Shown piece after piece: positions 16,099-23,967 of a stretch of 37,702 nucleotides of DNA. The position numbers were made by a program, and so were the translations under genes. Below the pieces are notes generated by a model, which was not told where the DNA came from, made no database searches, and saw only the letters and a program-made list of their open reading frames with translations. The DNA is from a virus: IMG/VR virus record IMGVR_UViG_3300012931_000011, positions 1 through 37,702 of that record; one strand, given 5' to 3'. The first letter of the stretch is position 1; each line of letters opens with the position of its first letter.

Positions 16099-16385
16099 TT
16101 ATGCCTCTTTATATAATTTTTCTTCAACTGTGGATATTTACGCCATACTGCCGCGCGTATCCCTGTAGGATTAGGTGCAAAATGGGCCCTAGCTAAAGCA
16201 TTTCTTGCTCTTGCTAATGTATTTATAGGAAAAGAAAATGATGACGCACCACCTGATTTTCCTGCAAATGCTTTAGGGCTAACGTTTTTATATTTTCCAG
16301 CTGAAGAAGAACCTTTTTTTGTTCTTATTTTGCTGAGAGTTCCACGGGGTTCGCTCACTCCTTTAGCTACTCTTATTTTTTTCAT
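16095..16385 (-). CDS. Small basic protein (SFPINTLARARNALARAHFAPNP motif)
   Basis: I chose the ATG at 16385, because the longer ORF would begin inside the GC hairpin at 16400-16419. The motif resembles a common phage small-protein domain, by recall. Confidence 0.5.
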   Translation of the reverse strand: MKKIRVAKGVSEPRGTLSKIRTKKGSSSAGKYKNVSPKAFAGKSGGASSFSFPINTLARARNALARAHFAPNPTGIRAAVWRKYPQLKKNYIKRHK

Positions 16386-16399
16386 ACGATTTAACCTAT

Positions 16400-16419
16400 A
16401 TGGGCCCAAATGGGCCCAT
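16400..16419 (-). promoter_or_regulatory. GC-rich palindrome ATGGGCCCAAATGGGCCCAT
   Basis: Read directly. The arms ATGGGCCCA / TGGGCCCAT are reverse complements. Confidence 0.5.
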
Positions 16420-16421
16420 TA

Positions 16422-16571
16422 TTATTGTGCTACAGAGGTATCGCGAAACCACTGTAATGCACGTTTCTTGCTTGGTATCTGTTGATTATTTTGCCTAAGA
16501 TCTTTAGGAGTTTTCAACAAAGAATATGCTAGTTTAGCCATCTTTTTATTAGGCCTGATTGTCCCTGGCAT
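16422..16571 (-). CDS. Small basic hypothetical protein (49 aa)
   Basis: ATG at 16571 lies 1 nt after the upstream stop. Weak evidence. Confidence 0.35.
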   Translation of the reverse strand: MPGTIRPNKKMAKLAYSLLKTPKDLRQNNQQIPSKKRALQWFRDTSVAQ

Positions 16572-16572
16572 A

Positions 16573-16845
16573 TTAATATTTCTTTGGCTTAAATGCACGA
16601 CGTGAATCAGCTGCATCTTCAGCTAATTGTTTCTGGACCCCAGTAAACAACGTATCAACATAACCAAAATTATATTGAGCAGCACGTGGCCAATCTCTAT
16701 CAATAACATCTTCAGGCAACAAACATGGAGCTGCATGATTCTCATGAATCATATTGCCGTCACGTCTCATTGATGCTTTTGTTTCTTCATAACCAACATA
16801 CTGTTCACGAGAACGCATTTTTGATGCGCCATAATGTCTTGGCAT
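16573..16845 (-). CDS. Hypothetical protein (90 aa)
   Basis: SD aAAGGAGGcagtATG directly after the portal gene. Confidence 0.55.
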   Translation of the reverse strand: MPRHYGASKMRSREQYVGYEETKASMRRDGNMIHENHAAPCLLPEDVIDRDWPRAAQYNFGYVDTLFTGVQKQLAEDAADSRRAFKPKKY

Positions 16846-16898
16846 ACTGCCTCCTTTTTAGACAATGCAGACCTATTTCTAGCTGCAAGGGTTACCCT

Positions 16899-18908
16899 CT
16901 ATCTAATCTGTTCAGAACCATTCTGATCAGTTTGAGGTTGTTCAACCATACGTTGCAACTGGATCAACTTACTAAGCTGATCTATGTCAACGGTATCTAA
17001 TTCCTTTAATGCTTTAGCTAAATTCAATAAAGCTAAATTATCATCTTTAATAGATGCTGCTTTTCGCTCTTCAGCTAACGCTTTATTTTCTGGTACACGA
17101 CTGAATCGTTCAAGACCAAGCCCTGTATTAGCAAGCGCCATAGCTTTATATTGTTCAGACCGTGATGCCATCTCTTGCGCTGCCAATTGGCTTTGTTGCT
17201 GCTGCATTTGTGATTCTTGCTGTTGTTGTTGTTGAATAGTTTCAATAATCTTAGTCTTGTTCTGTAAAGTAGCCGCTTCTAATAAGCTTTCAGCAGGTAT
17301 CGGTACCCCAGCATCACGAAGTTGCAACATCTGTGCGAATTGCATTTGTTTCTGCGTTTCAGTATCAAGACCAGCTTCAATAGCACAATGGTATTTACCA
17401 AATGCTTTCTTATAAAACAACGGTGCAGGATCTTGCCCTTCAAGGAAATTCTTTATCTTGCCTGGAGTATAATTAGATTGCACTGTATCCATAATAAGCT
17501 CACCAAGCAATTTTACCGATCTATCAAGCTTATCAAATAGAGGCTGTAACGTAATAAGCCCTGCACTTTGCCGTAAGAATGCTAAGATCCCAGCTTTATC
17601 GTCAACTGCTGCTCCTAACAACTCTTCGTTTATACCTGAAACTGCATTAAGTTCTTTGGCAAATGTCTCTTGCATTTGGAAGAATGACGGTGGTACTTGC
17701 GGCGGCTGTATAGGAACAATATCAGTTATATTAGCATCTTTTTTAATAGGTATTATACGTCCTTGCCCTGTTTGGAATAGATGCTTAACGTCTATTACAG
17801 CATTCTCCTTGAAAATAAATCCTGAATTTACTTGAGATTCAAGCATATCTGCGCTTAGAATAATTCTTCTATTGAGCAGCATTTGGGGGTCTCTCAAACT
17901 CCTGCATATTCCTTGGATACGTGAATAAAAATAAGGCATAGCAGGATTATAATAGCCGGTCACTGCTACAAATGGCATCTTGTCGATACCTAGCGGTTGA
18001 GGTCCATCATAAAAGACTTTGTTTTGGATCAATATAGCTAGACGTACAGTAGGGACATTCTGTTCTATAACCGTTACTTGTGGATAGTTCTGTATAAAGA
18101 ACTCTATGTCAGTATCAGATTGTGAAGTAATCTCAGTAGCTTCTCCAGTCACTCTATCTACTAATAATTTTTGTTTACGCCAATCTCGATAATAATATTC
18201 ATCATAAGCTAAACGGTTCTGCTGCGTCTGCCCATATGCTTCAGGCATATATTGGAAACGCCCATCTTTGCTTGTCCCCTGGTTGCCTGGAAGGCCCATA
18301 ATCTCTTCATAATATTGTGGTAATAGTGAAGCTGCTGCTGTATGAGAAAGATAGCTCCTACGCCATATAAATGAACAATCTGACAGGTCATCCTTGCGGA
18401 AGTACGGATCTAGAAAGAAGCAGTTATATGGTAAAAAGTCGACTTTTATATCTCCAGAAAGTGGATCATGAGTATAGTCCATATAGACATGTAATAAGCT
18501 CATTCCTGTAACACAAGCACCATGATGAAATGCTTCTGATACAGATTCGTAAATTCCTTCACGTCTAAATATATTTAATAATATCTTAGTCCATTGATCT
18601 GCCGTTTGCTGGTCAGCGTTCTCTTCAGGTACAACAACTATCGTTTTCCTATGATGACGTTGATATCCTGAAACCATATTGCAAAGTGGCCTAACTCTAT
18701 TAAAGTACCAAGAACCACGATTGTTATTAGGTAACATTTGATTGAGGTCAGCCATCAAGGCAACATCACCTGCTTCTAAACGACTATCCAGACAGGCTTC
18801 AGTCCACCAGGTTTGCCAAATAGACTGACTAGCAGAGTAATCTGAATCAATTTTTTTCTTAATTGTATTAAAACCATCGCTCAGCGATTCCGGTCCACGC
18901 ATTAACAT
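16899..18908 (-). CDS. Portal protein (669 aa) with Gln-rich C-terminal tail
   Basis: Size and position: it is the first gene of the head module, upstream of scaffold and capsid. The poly-Q coiled C-terminus (QQQQQQESQMQQQQSQ) is a barrel-like extension. No motif-level proof. Confidence 0.7.
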   Translation of the reverse strand: MLMRGPESLSDGFNTIKKKIDSDYSASQSIWQTWWTEACLDSRLEAGDVALMADLNQMLPNNNRGSWYFNRVRPLCNMVSGYQRHHRKTIVVVPEENADQQTADQWTKILLNIFRREGIYESVSEAFHHGACVTGMSLLHVYMDYTHDPLSGDIKVDFLPYNCFFLDPYFRKDDLSDCSFIWRRSYLSHTAAASLLPQYYEEIMGLPGNQGTSKDGRFQYMPEAYGQTQQNRLAYDEYYYRDWRKQKLLVDRVTGEATEITSQSDTDIEFFIQNYPQVTVIEQNVPTVRLAILIQNKVFYDGPQPLGIDKMPFVAVTGYYNPAMPYFYSRIQGICRSLRDPQMLLNRRIILSADMLESQVNSGFIFKENAVIDVKHLFQTGQGRIIPIKKDANITDIVPIQPPQVPPSFFQMQETFAKELNAVSGINEELLGAAVDDKAGILAFLRQSAGLITLQPLFDKLDRSVKLLGELIMDTVQSNYTPGKIKNFLEGQDPAPLFYKKAFGKYHCAIEAGLDTETQKQMQFAQMLQLRDAGVPIPAESLLEAATLQNKTKIIETIQQQQQQESQMQQQQSQLAAQEMASRSEQYKAMALANTGLGLERFSRVPENKALAEERKAASIKDDNLALLNLAKALKELDTVDIDQLSKLIQLQRMVEQPQTDQNGSEQIR

Positions 18909-19199
18909 GTACTACTCTCCTATTTAAGTTCTCCTTCTCATTGTAGAATAAGGTTGTTAGAATACAAACAAATAAACACAAATTTTTATTTTTGGTCATT
19001 GTTAACCCCATATCGGTATTTAGCAAGCGCTTCTGTCGAATACCGAATAGGGCCATCAATGCTAATAACAATTAACTCTGTTTTAGATACACTTTATGCA
19101 TTAACTAAAAAAGACCATTTACTATATCGGCAAAATTATTTAAGATTGGGAACGCAGTGTTGATGGAAACTGTTTATTATAGTTCCCATCTCAAATTTT

Positions 19200-19238
19200 G
19201 GGATAAAGATGAGGCTAAGCATCTTTATCCCTTTTTAT
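19200..19238 (+). terminator. Plus-sense intrinsic-terminator-like hairpin (12-bp stem GGGATAAAGATG/CATCTTTATCCC, then TTTTTAT)
   Basis: Read directly. There is no convincing plus-strand gene upstream. Confidence 0.4.
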
Positions 19239-19306
19239 GAAGCAATTTGTACAACTATTGAATTATTGAATGAACAGGAATATATTGGAATAGAACTAAC
19301 CAAAGA

Positions 19307-19346
19307 ACCATCAACTGTCTCCAGCTAGTTGGTGGTTTTTATATTT
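19307..19346. terminator. Hairpin ACCATCAACT-10 nt-AGTTGGTGGT followed by TTTTATATTT
   Basis: Read directly at the 3' end of gene 19345..19713. Folds slightly better in the plus sense, where one pair is a G.U. Confidence 0.4.
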
Positions 19347-19713
19347 AAAACAAATCTACCTCACCTTTTCTACCGCAAGCGATATCAAGTTCTTTCTTAA
19401 ATTCAGGAATTTCATTAGATTCCGATGAATCTATATATTCTATCAGGAGCATCTTGGAATTCTTATCCATAAAAAATATAGTCTTTATAGTTTCGTTGTA
19501 AGCACCAAAAAGCTGTGTCATATTATCAGTTCTTTTATGAGAAAACTTATAAACACCCATATTCTTTACGCAAATGCAAAAGATATTATTCCTTAGCGAA
19601 TCATCATCATAGAATTTGTCATCTAGAAATGTATAACAAAGCATGAAATGAACACTATAGACAGGAATATATAAGAACAGCAACAACAATGAAAGCATCT
19701 TCAACCTTTTCAT
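19345..19713 (-). CDS. Secreted or membrane-anchored hypothetical protein
   Basis: N-terminal MKRLKMLSLLLLFLYIPVYS signal-like segment. SD atAGGGAGaaagatATG. Confidence 0.55.
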   Translation of the reverse strand: MKRLKMLSLLLLFLYIPVYSVHFMLCYTFLDDKFYDDDSLRNNIFCICVKNMGVYKFSHKRTDNMTQLFGAYNETIKTIFFMDKNSKMLLIEYIDSSESNEIPEFKKELDIACGRKGEVDLF

Positions 19714-19874
19714 ATCTTTCTCCCTATAAAAAAGCCGATGTTACCACCGGCTCGAAAGGTTATTCTCTATAAACACTGGTACAGAGAAAACAAAAATCGA
19801 TCAACAACGTCAATAGTATATCTAAGCATAATGAATATATCTATTGTTCATTGTTACATATTAGCTAACAGATC

Positions 19875-19889
19875 GTGACAAAATGTCAC
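19875..19889. promoter_or_regulatory. Operator-like palindrome GTGACAAAATGTCAC (core GACAAAATGTC)
   Basis: Read directly in the 233-bp gap upstream of 19345..19713. Confidence 0.45.
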
Positions 19890-19922
19890 AGGTTGAGGTT
19901 GGCGATTCTTCGTTTCATCAAG

Positions 19923-19943
19923 TTGTCGACATTTTGTCGACAA
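19923..19943. promoter_or_regulatory. Operator-like palindrome TTGTCGACATTTTGTCGACAA (core GACATTTTGTC)
   Basis: Read directly. Same 11-mer core as 19875-19889, in the opposite orientation. Confidence 0.45.
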
Positions 19944-19946
19944 GTC

Positions 19947-20351
19947 TTAATAAATCTTTTCAATATCTGCATTGCAACGCGACATATCTAAAGCAACAAA
20001 AAAAGTTAATGTGAAAAATATTAATATTGTAATAAAAGGAAAGTCTATTTTTATGGCAGGACCATTAAACATAGGAAGAATTTTGGCAGTAATTAAAAAG
20101 CCTATAAGACCGCTAGGCACAGAAACAATAAAATCAATCTTGGAAAAGCACTTACTAAAACTAAAGCTTTCCATACAAGGAAACGCTTTTTCCCATAGCA
20201 AGAAAACAAAATGGAGTATGAGAAGATTATTCAAAACGTCGTATGTGCTTATATCCCTTCCTAAAAATTTAGCATTCATAATAACCGTTGGTATAAACAT
20301 AACAACAATATAAGGCAATTTGCTGAGATAATAAGCCAAATATTTATTCAT
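19947..20351 (-). CDS. Multi-pass membrane protein (134 aa)
   Basis: Several hydrophobic stretches (IVVMFIPTVIM, LLILHFVFLL, LIGFLITAKIL, ITILIFFTLTFFVAL). Confidence 0.6.
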   Translation of the reverse strand: MNKYLAYYLSKLPYIVVMFIPTVIMNAKFLGRDISTYDVLNNLLILHFVFLLWEKAFPCMESFSFSKCFSKIDFIVSVPSGLIGFLITAKILPMFNGPAIKIDFPFITILIFFTLTFFVALDMSRCNADIEKIY

Positions 20352-20384
20352 GATTTTCCTAATTAATCAGATTGTCGTGATACC

Positions 20385-20415
20385 ACAAAAAACAAAAGGC
20401 GGTCTTATGACCGCC
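20385..20415 (-). terminator. Rho-independent terminator GGCGGTC-auaa-GACCGCC followed by UUUUGUUUUUU
   Basis: Read on the minus strand after the stop at 20433. Confidence 0.6.
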
Positions 20416-20432
20416 AAAAATTAAAACTTAGA

Positions 20433-20894
20433 CTATGGAGTTGGAGACGCGGTCGCTGCTGCTGTAGCATATGCTGTTGCTGCTGTTCCCGCTGTAGCAA
20501 CACTACATGCAGAACTAAATCCAGCGCCTGGACCTGCTACAACAGTGACACCAAAAAGCGTTCCTACTGCTGCAACACCTGTTAATGTAAAACCTGCTAT
20601 GCAAACAATTGAACCTAATACAGGACCACCACCGAATCCAGGAACCTTATGTCTTAAAATATAGTCACCATTATCTAATTTTGTAGCTCTAATAGTACAG
20701 CCACTGGCCAAGAAGGAACGTAGTTGATGAATATCCATTTCACGTAATTCAGAATCGACATCATAAGGTTTAACATCATGCAATTGCACGCCATCATATA
20801 CCTTAAAATCAACCATTTTAACTTTTAATTTAGATGACATGCCTAAACATGTTAGCGAACTTGCCAAGATGAGAAGTGATAGAAGTTTTTTCAT
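20433..20894 (-). CDS. Secreted protein with a Gly/Ala-rich glycine-zipper-like C-terminal membrane segment
   Basis: ATG at 20894 preceded by GAGGTaattatt. MKKLLSLLILASSLTCLG signal peptide. C-terminus GGGPVLGSIVCIAGFTLTGVAAVGTLFGVTVVAGPGAG. Confidence 0.6.
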   Translation of the reverse strand: MKKLLSLLILASSLTCLGMSSKLKVKMVDFKVYDGVQLHDVKPYDVDSELREMDIHQLRSFLASGCTIRATKLDNGDYILRHKVPGFGGGPVLGSIVCIAGFTLTGVAAVGTLFGVTVVAGPGAGFSSACSVATAGTAATAYATAAATASPTP

Positions 20895-21131
20895 AATAAT
20901 TACCTCAAAATTAACAATTAATAACAATAAATATCATCTGCACATTATATTAACTCATTCGGCACCTCTTTCGCATTTATAGTAGACTTTCGATTAATCT
21001 ATAAAGCAATGGCAGAATGTCAATATTGTCATAATGTTATTTTTATAAAGAAATAATATTACTTATAGTATAAAAAGAATTGTGCAAGCAGTAATGGCTC
21101 TCAAATGTTTACATAATATCAATTATCAGTC

Positions 21132-21920
21132 TCAGTAAGTATCGATATCTAAGTCACGCAATGAAATAAATGGATTACTCGAACCTGTTATTTTAGGTAG
21201 TTTCCCGTCCCACTTCTCTATGCGTTTGAGTTCTACCAGTTCTTTTGTAACAGAACTCTTTTTTACATGTAATGCATAAGCTTCTGCATCAGCACGTGTC
21301 TTTATTTGTTGGGACTCTTCTGTTATCTTTACGGTCAAATTCTTAGCTGTCTTAGCGCTTTGCTCTGCTATCTGCTTCTCTTCTACTGAATGCATAAACT
21401 CTTTTGAAAAATCTAAGTGTACAAAGTTAAAATCAATAAATTCTATATAGACTGGCACTAATCTTTCTTTAAGTTCATCAAAAACCAATTGTTTTGCCGT
21501 ATGGCGGGATATAATCAGATCTTCAGCTGTGAACTTAGCTACTATAGCTTTGATCGTTTCTTGAGCAAATGGATTGATAATAACATTTTCAAATTCACTA
21601 CCAACACATTTATATATATTTATCGCATCAGTAATACGATAATTGATAGCGACCTCTACTGATACTGTCTGTAAATCTTTAGTAAGCCCAATAGTATCGA
21701 TTATTGCTTTATTGATCTGGTTATTGATAGCTACTACTTTATCTATAAAAGGAAGTGCGAAATATGTTCCAGGTTCTGAACAAGCTCTTTTAATAGCACC
21801 CATACGCATCTGTATCTTTGTTTCACCAGGATGCACTATGAACCACATTCTAGATAAAAAAAACAGCACAAATGCAATCGCTATAGTAACCATTAGCATT
21901 TTAATCGTATTAGTAACCAT
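21132..21920 (-). CDS. SPFH/Band-7 (prohibitin-like) membrane protein
   Basis: N-terminal TM, then FIVHPGETKIQMRMGAI...PGTYFALPFIDKVV...TKDLQTVSVEVAINYRITD, then a C-terminal coiled coil. This is the canonical SPFH layout. Confidence 0.85.
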   Translation of the reverse strand: MVTNTIKMLMVTIAIAFVLFFLSRMWFIVHPGETKIQMRMGAIKRACSEPGTYFALPFIDKVVAINNQINKAIIDTIGLTKDLQTVSVEVAINYRITDAINIYKCVGSEFENVIINPFAQETIKAIVAKFTAEDLIISRHTAKQLVFDELKERLVPVYIEFIDFNFVHLDFSKEFMHSVEEKQIAEQSAKTAKNLTVKITEESQQIKTRADAEAYALHVKKSSVTKELVELKRIEKWDGKLPKITGSSNPFISLRDLDIDTY

Positions 21921-21937
21921 GTTTCATCCTACAAGTA

Positions 21938-22693
21938 TTAATTTACTTTGTTTATATCATCATACAGTTTATCCATGTCAAGATAACCGTTCTCATCAAT
22001 ATAATTTGAATTCTCCTTTAATCCTCTTACATCAGACATAGTCTTTTCGTAGCACTTTTCGAGCTTACTATACATATCTTTTAAATTTTTTAAATGTATA
22101 ACAAAATCTTCTTTCGCTTCTTCTGTATCATACCCTTCTAACTCTTCTAATAGGGGATAAATAGAAACTGTTTTATCAAAAATATCAAAATAATGAGGTA
22201 GAATTATATATATAATTCTTTGAGAAAATGAAATTTGAGATAACGAACGTTCTAGTATAGCCATAGTGCACAGACTAAACTCGAATAAATTTTGATGGGA
22301 CACTGCACCAAGATCTAAAAAAATAAATTTTAATTTTTTATAATCTTCATATTTCGTAGCTGAGCATTGGTCAACAATATCTTTATGCGCAGAAAGATTG
22401 GCTAATATGTAAGATTCTTTCAAGGAATTAAAAACTGTTGCAAAAGGTTCCGATTCCTTTGTGACAACATATTGTCTAAGCACAGCTAACATTTCATTTT
22501 CATCTAACTTAGCGCTTGCGCTAATACTATAAGAAACAGAGCGAAAAAAAGAAACTATTTTCCTGGTATTCTTTTGCTCATTATCCAAGCCTAAAGCCCC
22601 AGATAAAACATCTAACATTAAAAAATTAGCTATAACTGATTCAACATCTTTAATCTGTCTAATACAAAGTTTTTTTAAATTTACTTTTTCCAT
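21938..22693 (-). CDS. Helical hypothetical protein (251 aa) co-operonic with the SPFH gene
   Basis: 17-nt gap to the SPFH start. I recognised no motif. Confidence 0.6.
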   Translation of the reverse strand: MEKVNLKKLCIRQIKDVESVIANFLMLDVLSGALGLDNEQKNTRKIVSFFRSVSYSISASAKLDENEMLAVLRQYVVTKESEPFATVFNSLKESYILANLSAHKDIVDQCSATKYEDYKKLKFIFLDLGAVSHQNLFEFSLCTMAILERSLSQISFSQRIIYIILPHYFDIFDKTVSIYPLLEELEGYDTEEAKEDFVIHLKNLKDMYSKLEKCYEKTMSDVRGLKENSNYIDENGYLDMDKLYDDINKVN

Positions 22694-22776
22694 ATAATCC
22701 CTATATTTCTTTCCTTTAAATGATTCTTATATTAATATAAATCAATATTAATTTATTAAAAGGTTTAAGGGGTAAC

Positions 22777-23292
22777 ATGAAAATTATCGAAGCTATGAAG
22801 AAAATTAAGGATTTGCAACGAAAAGCAGAAGATATACGCGATAAAATAGGGAAATATTGTGCTGATCTTGATTGTGAAACAGCTGTATATCCAGATCAAC
22901 GCAATCAGATATCTCTGTGGGAACAAGCTCATAGCGATATAATAAAAGAAATTGGTAAATTACGTTTTTCTATTCAAAAAACAAATGTTCTTACTTTAGT
23001 CAGAATTGAATTAGATGGTAAATTTATAGAAAAGAGTATTGCTGAATGGATACATCGCCGTAAAGATTTAGCTTCTCTAGAAGAATCAGCTTGGTCAAAG
23101 TTAAACGATAAAGGATATAAGGAAGCTTCATCTTATAAGGTTACACCAAATTCACCTGATCAGATTGTGAGAAGGCGATTATATTTTGACCCAAAAGAAC
23201 GAGATAATAAAATTGAATTATATCGATCAGAACCGTCAAAAATAGATTCTACTTTAGAAGTAATTAACGCAATAACTGATATTATAGAATAA
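22777..23292 (+). CDS. DIP1984/septicolysin-like family protein (tentative)
   Basis: Its 171-aa size, N-terminal MKIIEAMKKIKDLQRK, central I(Q)KTN...G...SIAEWIHRRKDL and C-terminal ...VINAITDIIE match my recollection of the family consensus. SD ttAAGGGGtaacATG. Confidence 0.5.
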   Translation: MKIIEAMKKIKDLQRKAEDIRDKIGKYCADLDCETAVYPDQRNQISLWEQAHSDIIKEIGKLRFSIQKTNVLTLVRIELDGKFIEKSIAEWIHRRKDLASLEESAWSKLNDKGYKEASSYKVTPNSPDQIVRRRLYFDPKERDNKIELYRSEPSKIDSTLEVINAITDIIE

Positions 23293-23355
23293 ATAATATT
23301 GTCTTTGAAATAGCATTGATATACAGACATAAAAACCGAAAATATTCACTAAAAT

Positions 23356-23428
23356 AAAACAATAGCTCAGCGGTTAGAGCATCAGCCTGTTAAGCTGAAG
23401 GTTATTGGTTCAAATCCAATTTGTTTTT
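23356..23428 (+). tRNA. trnN: tRNA-Asn (GUU) with an almost all-A/U acceptor stem
   Basis: Manual cloverleaf: AAAACAA / UA / GCUC-AGCGGUUA-GAGC / A / UCAGC-CUGUUAA-GCUGA / AGGUU / AUUGG-UUCAAAU-CCAAU / UUGUUUU / U. No encoded CCA. Confidence 0.75.
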
Positions 23429-23662
23429 CAAGAATAGCCTTTATAACGCTAGTCTTTTGAAATCTATCAAGATTAAAGTTTGAAGATTTAATTTTTAAGA
23501 TTTAAAAGCGGCAAGTTAATAAGTAGCAAGAGAGCAAGGAGATGCCGATATTATCATCGGAATGACCTAGAAAAGTTTTTTTGTATATTTATATGGTCTT
23601 TCTAGGGTTCCTGTATAGGCAATGCTATCGCGAATAAGATAATAATTGGTGTTACAATTTAC

Positions 23663-23845
23663 CTAATTTGACGTTACAATTAGCGATATATTCTCGACAC
23701 AATCATTATTGAGTTCTAATCGTTGATCGATAACTGCCTCTGCAAATACACTTTTCCATAAATCATGATTTTCTTTATAAGAAAGATAAATTCTTTCTTT
23801 AATCAATAAGGCCTTTTCCAAGGATCTTTTTTTACATTTTGTCAT
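23663..23845 (-). CDS. Hypothetical 60-aa ORF between the two tRNA genes
   Basis: ORF only, with a weak SD. Its first codons contain GACAAAATGT, a 10/11 match to the operator core. Confidence 0.35.
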   Translation of the reverse strand: MTKCKKRSLEKALLIKERIYLSYKENHDLWKSVFAEAVIDQRLELNNDCVENISLIVTSN

Positions 23846-23878
23846 GATAAGATTTCCAATAAAACAGATATTTTCATT

Positions 23879-23953
23879 TGGCTCCCCGGCTAGGATTCGA
23901 ACCTAGGACCACTCGCTTAACAGGCGATCGCTCTACCACTGAGCTACCGGGGA
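23879..23953 (-). tRNA. trnN: tRNA-Asn (GUU), canonical bacterial type with encoded CCA
   Basis: Manual cloverleaf: UCCCCGG / UA / GCUC-AGUGGUA-GAGC / G / AUCGC-CUGUUAA-GCGAG / UGGUC / CUAGG-UUCGAAU-CCUAG / CCGGGGA / G / CCA. Confidence 0.9.
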
Positions 23954-23967
23954 TTATGCTTAGTATT

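Noticed and set aside
18954-19163. 69-aa plus-strand ORF upstream of the plus-sense terminator
   Set aside because: It has a TTG start, no SD, and low-complexity sequence with no motif. I kept it only as context for the non-coding-region finding.
19163-19240. A 55-aa plus-strand ORF (METVYYSSHLKFWDKDEAKHLYPF...) running through the hairpin at 19200
   Set aside because: On recounting the T-run (cccTTTTTAtga), the frame stops after 25 codons. There is no supported gene.
23879-23953. The canonical tRNA-Asn as an attP / integration site
   Set aside because: No integrase or recombinase directionality factor is found anywhere in the closed genome. The gene is full length with CCA, not a 3' fragment.
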